Positions 63,703-64,000 of a stretch of DNA of 64,000 nt are shown one piece after another (within the stretch, counting starts at the first letter, position 1; each line of letters begins with the position of its first letter). The DNA is taken from contig NW_024704742.1 of assembly GCF_018977255.1 (NCBI RefSeq), positions 95,668,001 to 95,732,000 of the forward strand, given 5' to 3'. The position numbers were made by a program, and so were the translations under genes. The notes under the pieces were generated by a model. The model did no database searches. It saw only the letters and a list, made by a program, of their open reading frames with translations, and had not been told where the DNA came from. The DNA is from Callorhinchus milii. Lineage: Eukaryota.

Positions 63703-64000
63703 GTGTTGTTGTATGGTTTCCAGTTCGATATCACCCAAAAGTATCCAGGTTTTATTGTATGGTTCCCAGTTCAATATCCAGGTATTATTGTACATTTAGT
63801 GTTATTTAAATCATAGTCTTCATCTTCCTTCTTTAGAAGCTGGAATATGGTTCGCAATTCCAAGTTCCAATTTCTTTCTTCTCTTTCTCTTTCGAATTGA
63901 TCTCCATTTATACCGTTGATTAGGTGACCTTTCACCTATTGTCTTTTGCAAGATGGTTCCTTTGTAAAAACAAATGCAACATAGCTCTCTCTCCAGCTGC

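Overview
This is vertebrate non-coding DNA (intergenic or deep intronic). The repeat content points to a cartilaginous fish, probably a chimaera such as elephant shark; that assignment is an inference from recalled repeat families. I cannot support any host protein-coding exon, and almost all ORFs in the track are chance frames or retroelement pieces. Retroposons dominate. There is a young 5'-truncated CR1 LINE (21449-23642), a 5'-truncated L2 LINE (about 16105-17685), and an L2 element that keeps its endonuclease but has lost the RT core, bounded by an 8-bp target-site duplication (48484-51110). There are also about a dozen tRNA-Ala-headed SINEs with Deu-like bodies and L2-type tails in two structural subfamilies, older SacSINE1/AmnSINE1-like DeuSINEs, AmnSINE2-like relics, and heavily decayed Tx1/L1-like and Gypsy-like coding remnants. 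The most striking structure is a near-perfect 106-bp-arm palindrome (31893-32117) inserted into a SINE. Each arm carries a minimal hammerhead-ribozyme-like core, as expected for a Penelope-like element terminus. Other notable observations are an unassigned ~650-bp diverged repeat present twice 44 kb apart, repeated nesting of young SINEs at two sites of older DeuSINEs, templated repair scars, a 17-bp minisatellite, a CTCF-like site and several repeat-free candidate conserved non-coding blocks. I found no convincing wholly new system; the best leads are the ribozyme-bearing palindrome and the unassigned repeats.
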